A stretch of DNA of 26,352 bases from a virus. Taxonomy: Duplodnaviria > Caudoviricetes. A model generated the notes under the pieces. The model worked only from the letters and a program-made list of their open reading frames with translations. It searched no databases and was not told the origin of the DNA. Both the position numbers and the translations under genes were made by a program. The stretch is from the IMG/VR virus record IMGVR_UViG_3300007539_006571, positions 1 through 26,352 of that record, one strand, 5' to 3'. Below, in pieces: positions 25,901 through 26,352 of this stretch (within the stretch, counting starts at the first letter, position 1; the number at the start of each line of letters is the position of its first letter).

Positions 25901-26352
25901 AAAACAATCAATTCTTACACAGAATCACCAGTATCTTTCAAGTTCAAACCTTTAGAGCACCAGTTTGTATTAAAAACAGGCGATACAATCAATATTCAAA
26001 GTTCTTATAGTAATAATCTTTTTACTTTTAACAATCCAGATATTGTAGCGAAGTTGAATATTGGTCCTGTTAAACTTGATAAGGCTTATTTGATTAAATC
26101 TGGCATTGGTCAGATGTATGACGATCTTAAAGCACTATATTTGTATCAAATGATGGATCCAGACTTTACCCCATTTGCTATAGACACATATGGAGCAAAC
26201 AAACTTGAATATTTGAAATATTCAGAGGATATTTACCCTGCTGGTGGTAATGTTGGATTAGCAAAAGTCAGAGGAAGACAAAACTATACTGTTTCTACTG
26301 GATCTGAAAACTTTGAAATGCAACTTGGAAAGTCTATTGCTTTCTGGAAAGA
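19937..26352 (+). CDS. Giant gp7 / P2 gpI-like baseplate protein with LamG (concanavalin A-like) domains; partial, at least 2138 aa, absent from the ORF track
   Basis: ATG at 19937 overlaps the upstream TAA. Translated by hand: MVRRSDKKGIGNLFK... with no stop up to the window end. LamG motifs NTVEFWLK, WNHYSFV, LYING, MDEFRFW, VYYKFNEG, DYSG (about 20560-21350); second degenerate copy about 22150-22975; NKSKGTEKAIRNL at about 21875-21912; EKLAPAS at about 23440-23461. Confidence 0.9.
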   Translation, partial: MVRRSDKKGIGNLFKKGTTGYRATKTNKVLPSSSMSEVGREIESPGYVRSFLKDKDRFVPNVDYTNPANFARFGSAREYYTKAIENIYRFYPYDGSQKEKLDWHNSASYFDNYIFENEYPRTNGYIEIGHAWGSTSATVDGTAFGDVVYKKSSAPQYISIKGGPNGPAIPAYASGSGYEKPISYKFKEQKANVYDAEIRQQQNLTIDGTTGNTVEFWLKLQTEPSKSQASPGHAYFDIWNESFEYTPGSSQTFGRLLVESIFDVDGSGNPNGAYLGDNIFYVTYASGSSGVFRAGLGSTALSGTLGIDLSNWNHYSFVMKNDPTGSNLSLKLYINGNLAETVITGSQIGSVDTLPLNANIGAYRTAPTPGLYFSGMTTDGWGTLSGSYMDEFRFWKSSRTSQQIRRYWFTQVGGGTNSDYGNTDSKFTGSENPVDLGVYYKFNEGITTTSSLDAVALDYSGRISNGIIKNYSTGMRSTGSAMVLSNAAEREFKDPIVYSNHPNVVMYEEEASNKGREYDGRNSSFMFNTLPGWIIDQDEDRQRNTTLALTQIMSSYFDELSLQIKSLPHLKDKVYLSGSVSGSTNKPLPFADRLLKSHGFIAPEIFADADLLESLANRDDNREFEKKLSDIKNQIYTNIYNNLLFINKSKGTEKAIRNLIRCYGVDDDLYSLNMYADNGVIKLSESARPKVIRKTYADFNSILNFDATVYQHPDPSNSDSVSYITGSTDPSLDGFDSQTGMTLEAEVIFPKKPLADSPGFLDKAFVGLSASLFGIHSAVEDSTDYAWANNDYANFQVYAVRSSETYPSNRDVHFVLSSSNVNTSTEGIFTKIVTDVYKEVYENQKWNFAVKVKPSNYPNIGKISGSLDGTAGYNVEFFGVCTFGNQVIHQFSHTESISQANGFEFATNRKRVYVGSHRTNFTGSLLTKTDVKLSSCRYWSIPLENQEIVSHAVDPKNFGVFNSMESSYLLQTAPTYPKDIAKINTLALHWDFDTVTGSDSNGQFTVLDFSSGSNDGRYGTEFSDLLLKHHTGRGDFFKPSSETAVSREYVQGYRQQVPENLNSYTSVNILSRDDELFTTRTKPIKFTYSVEKSMYQTISEEMINFMAAASDASALENLIGDPVNKYRPNYKALEKVRGIFFERVGNTPDLDKYLDYFKWLDSAVSEMIEKLAPASSRINEVANVVESHLFERGGKYSHKFPTMHFGSNDPIGTIKGINELVYDWEFGHAPLNPSADTTSATGTITFTSDTDSDYDAIQVQILSANGGLPADGDTYLFDSDGTAGATGTVISGVYIIVQVNGMTTKSQIAQEFQNAINHANGHNQGTANSVITVSESGGVLALTQNTVGPSGNTAITVIDYFHGGDKVISTGFSGGLESNQDQNCFWWNKRATRDDANLDTGNQGVDLDRAMIHSASIQVFNRKLNAPYRITAQEGGGALKTKINIREVVSTETPPLNNNKGLNFNSATFLSSSSCLDLDKINPQRKYETDYQVTFRDNNTSMLPGKLLGNYNFISSSINANSPLIPDGYIVDTQHLRDYYNINKDVPLQGPFTEQHVGGSAYRHTGLNIGVVTERPEKYVVNTSIDSDGNIQYSVVNPSFNDVNAPRADYRRDLVSKSPVNIKNIQTNTSSIQDEYGALVPHGNFVNNYEVVQIPGRDINNRYLAENGGVDTTFSASPVVLGLEDYAVPDRGRHASIIANRFSAPGGPEVNSPGYLDAESETFSVYNALPFRNLSVRQPLKTLLTRHSAFGGYDSVYGDPSASYQKTQRNGAKRILSSSAGPRVDNSGFSTASVYDNYWVQHAIPQSDLQYAWITASAVSAPFGYSEPDFTNASQASTDILFVTESQHAAILSGFGGATYYHLFGLSEQAEYSNEGRTPVDFVGLNSIVLTDLTSSDNTVGASLNTDFVKDGFVFEPSFTFSKKGRIGRSSFLNAINLNRNGAGGFSSWKQVRQSYNPLVRHMNKTNNINFVTENNVIEPGTGKNVTIKTINSYTESPVSFKFKPLEHQFVLKTGDTINIQSSYSNNLFTFNNPDIVAKLNIGPVKLDKAYLIKSGIGQMYDDLKALYLYQMMDPDFTPFAIDTYGANKLEYLKYSEDIYPAGGNVGLAKVRGRQNYTVSTGSENFEMQLGKSIAFWK

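Noticed and set aside
19938-26352. Apparent 6.4-kb gene-poor region that could suggest ncRNA, an array or stop-codon recoding
   Set aside because: Manual translation shows one continuous ORF in the standard code that simply has no stop inside the window.
1-26352. Alternative genetic code (TAG or TGA reassignment, as in some large phages)
   Set aside because: TAG (2082, 4151, 7333, 8289) and TGA (1432, 2761, 3198, 4606) end genes at sensible boundaries next to new starts, and coding density is already near complete.
1-26352. CRISPR array, tRNA, intron/intein, DGR template-variable repeat pair, transposon
   Set aside because: No repeated DNA units, cloverleaf, splicing motifs, reverse transcriptase or transposase seen by eye, and there is almost no intergenic space. 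A self dot-plot would be needed to exclude diverged repeats.

Overview
AT-rich, gene-dense segment with every credible gene on the + strand and most genes abutting or overlapping. It reads as part of a large contractile-tailed (T4-like, myovirus-type) bacteriophage genome in the standard genetic code. Three blocks: (1) ~1-4151, a sugar-nucleotide/glycan cassette (short DegT-type aminotransferase, GT-A-like protein, HAD phosphatase, BcbE-like nucleotidyltransferase, short GDPD-like protein, RmlB-type 4,6-dehydratase); (2) 4161-5912, small proteins around a gp55-like late sigma factor; (3) 5912-end, a baseplate module (gp5-like OB-fold fused to an amidase, a separate HxH spike gene, a 2602-aa protein, gp25, gp6/gpJ, a DNRLRE-like protein, and a >2138-aa gp7-like LamG protein that is missing from the ORF track because it runs off the window). 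Most notable: a possible phage-encoded virion glycosylation system, with [S/T]-[G/A]-S tripeptides enriched in two baseplate proteins; near-absence of AGCT, GGCC, CCWGG and CATG; a candidate late promoter ACTATTTA; and a gene-level split of gp5. All family calls come from motif recognition by eye and all counts are hand counts; no searches were run.
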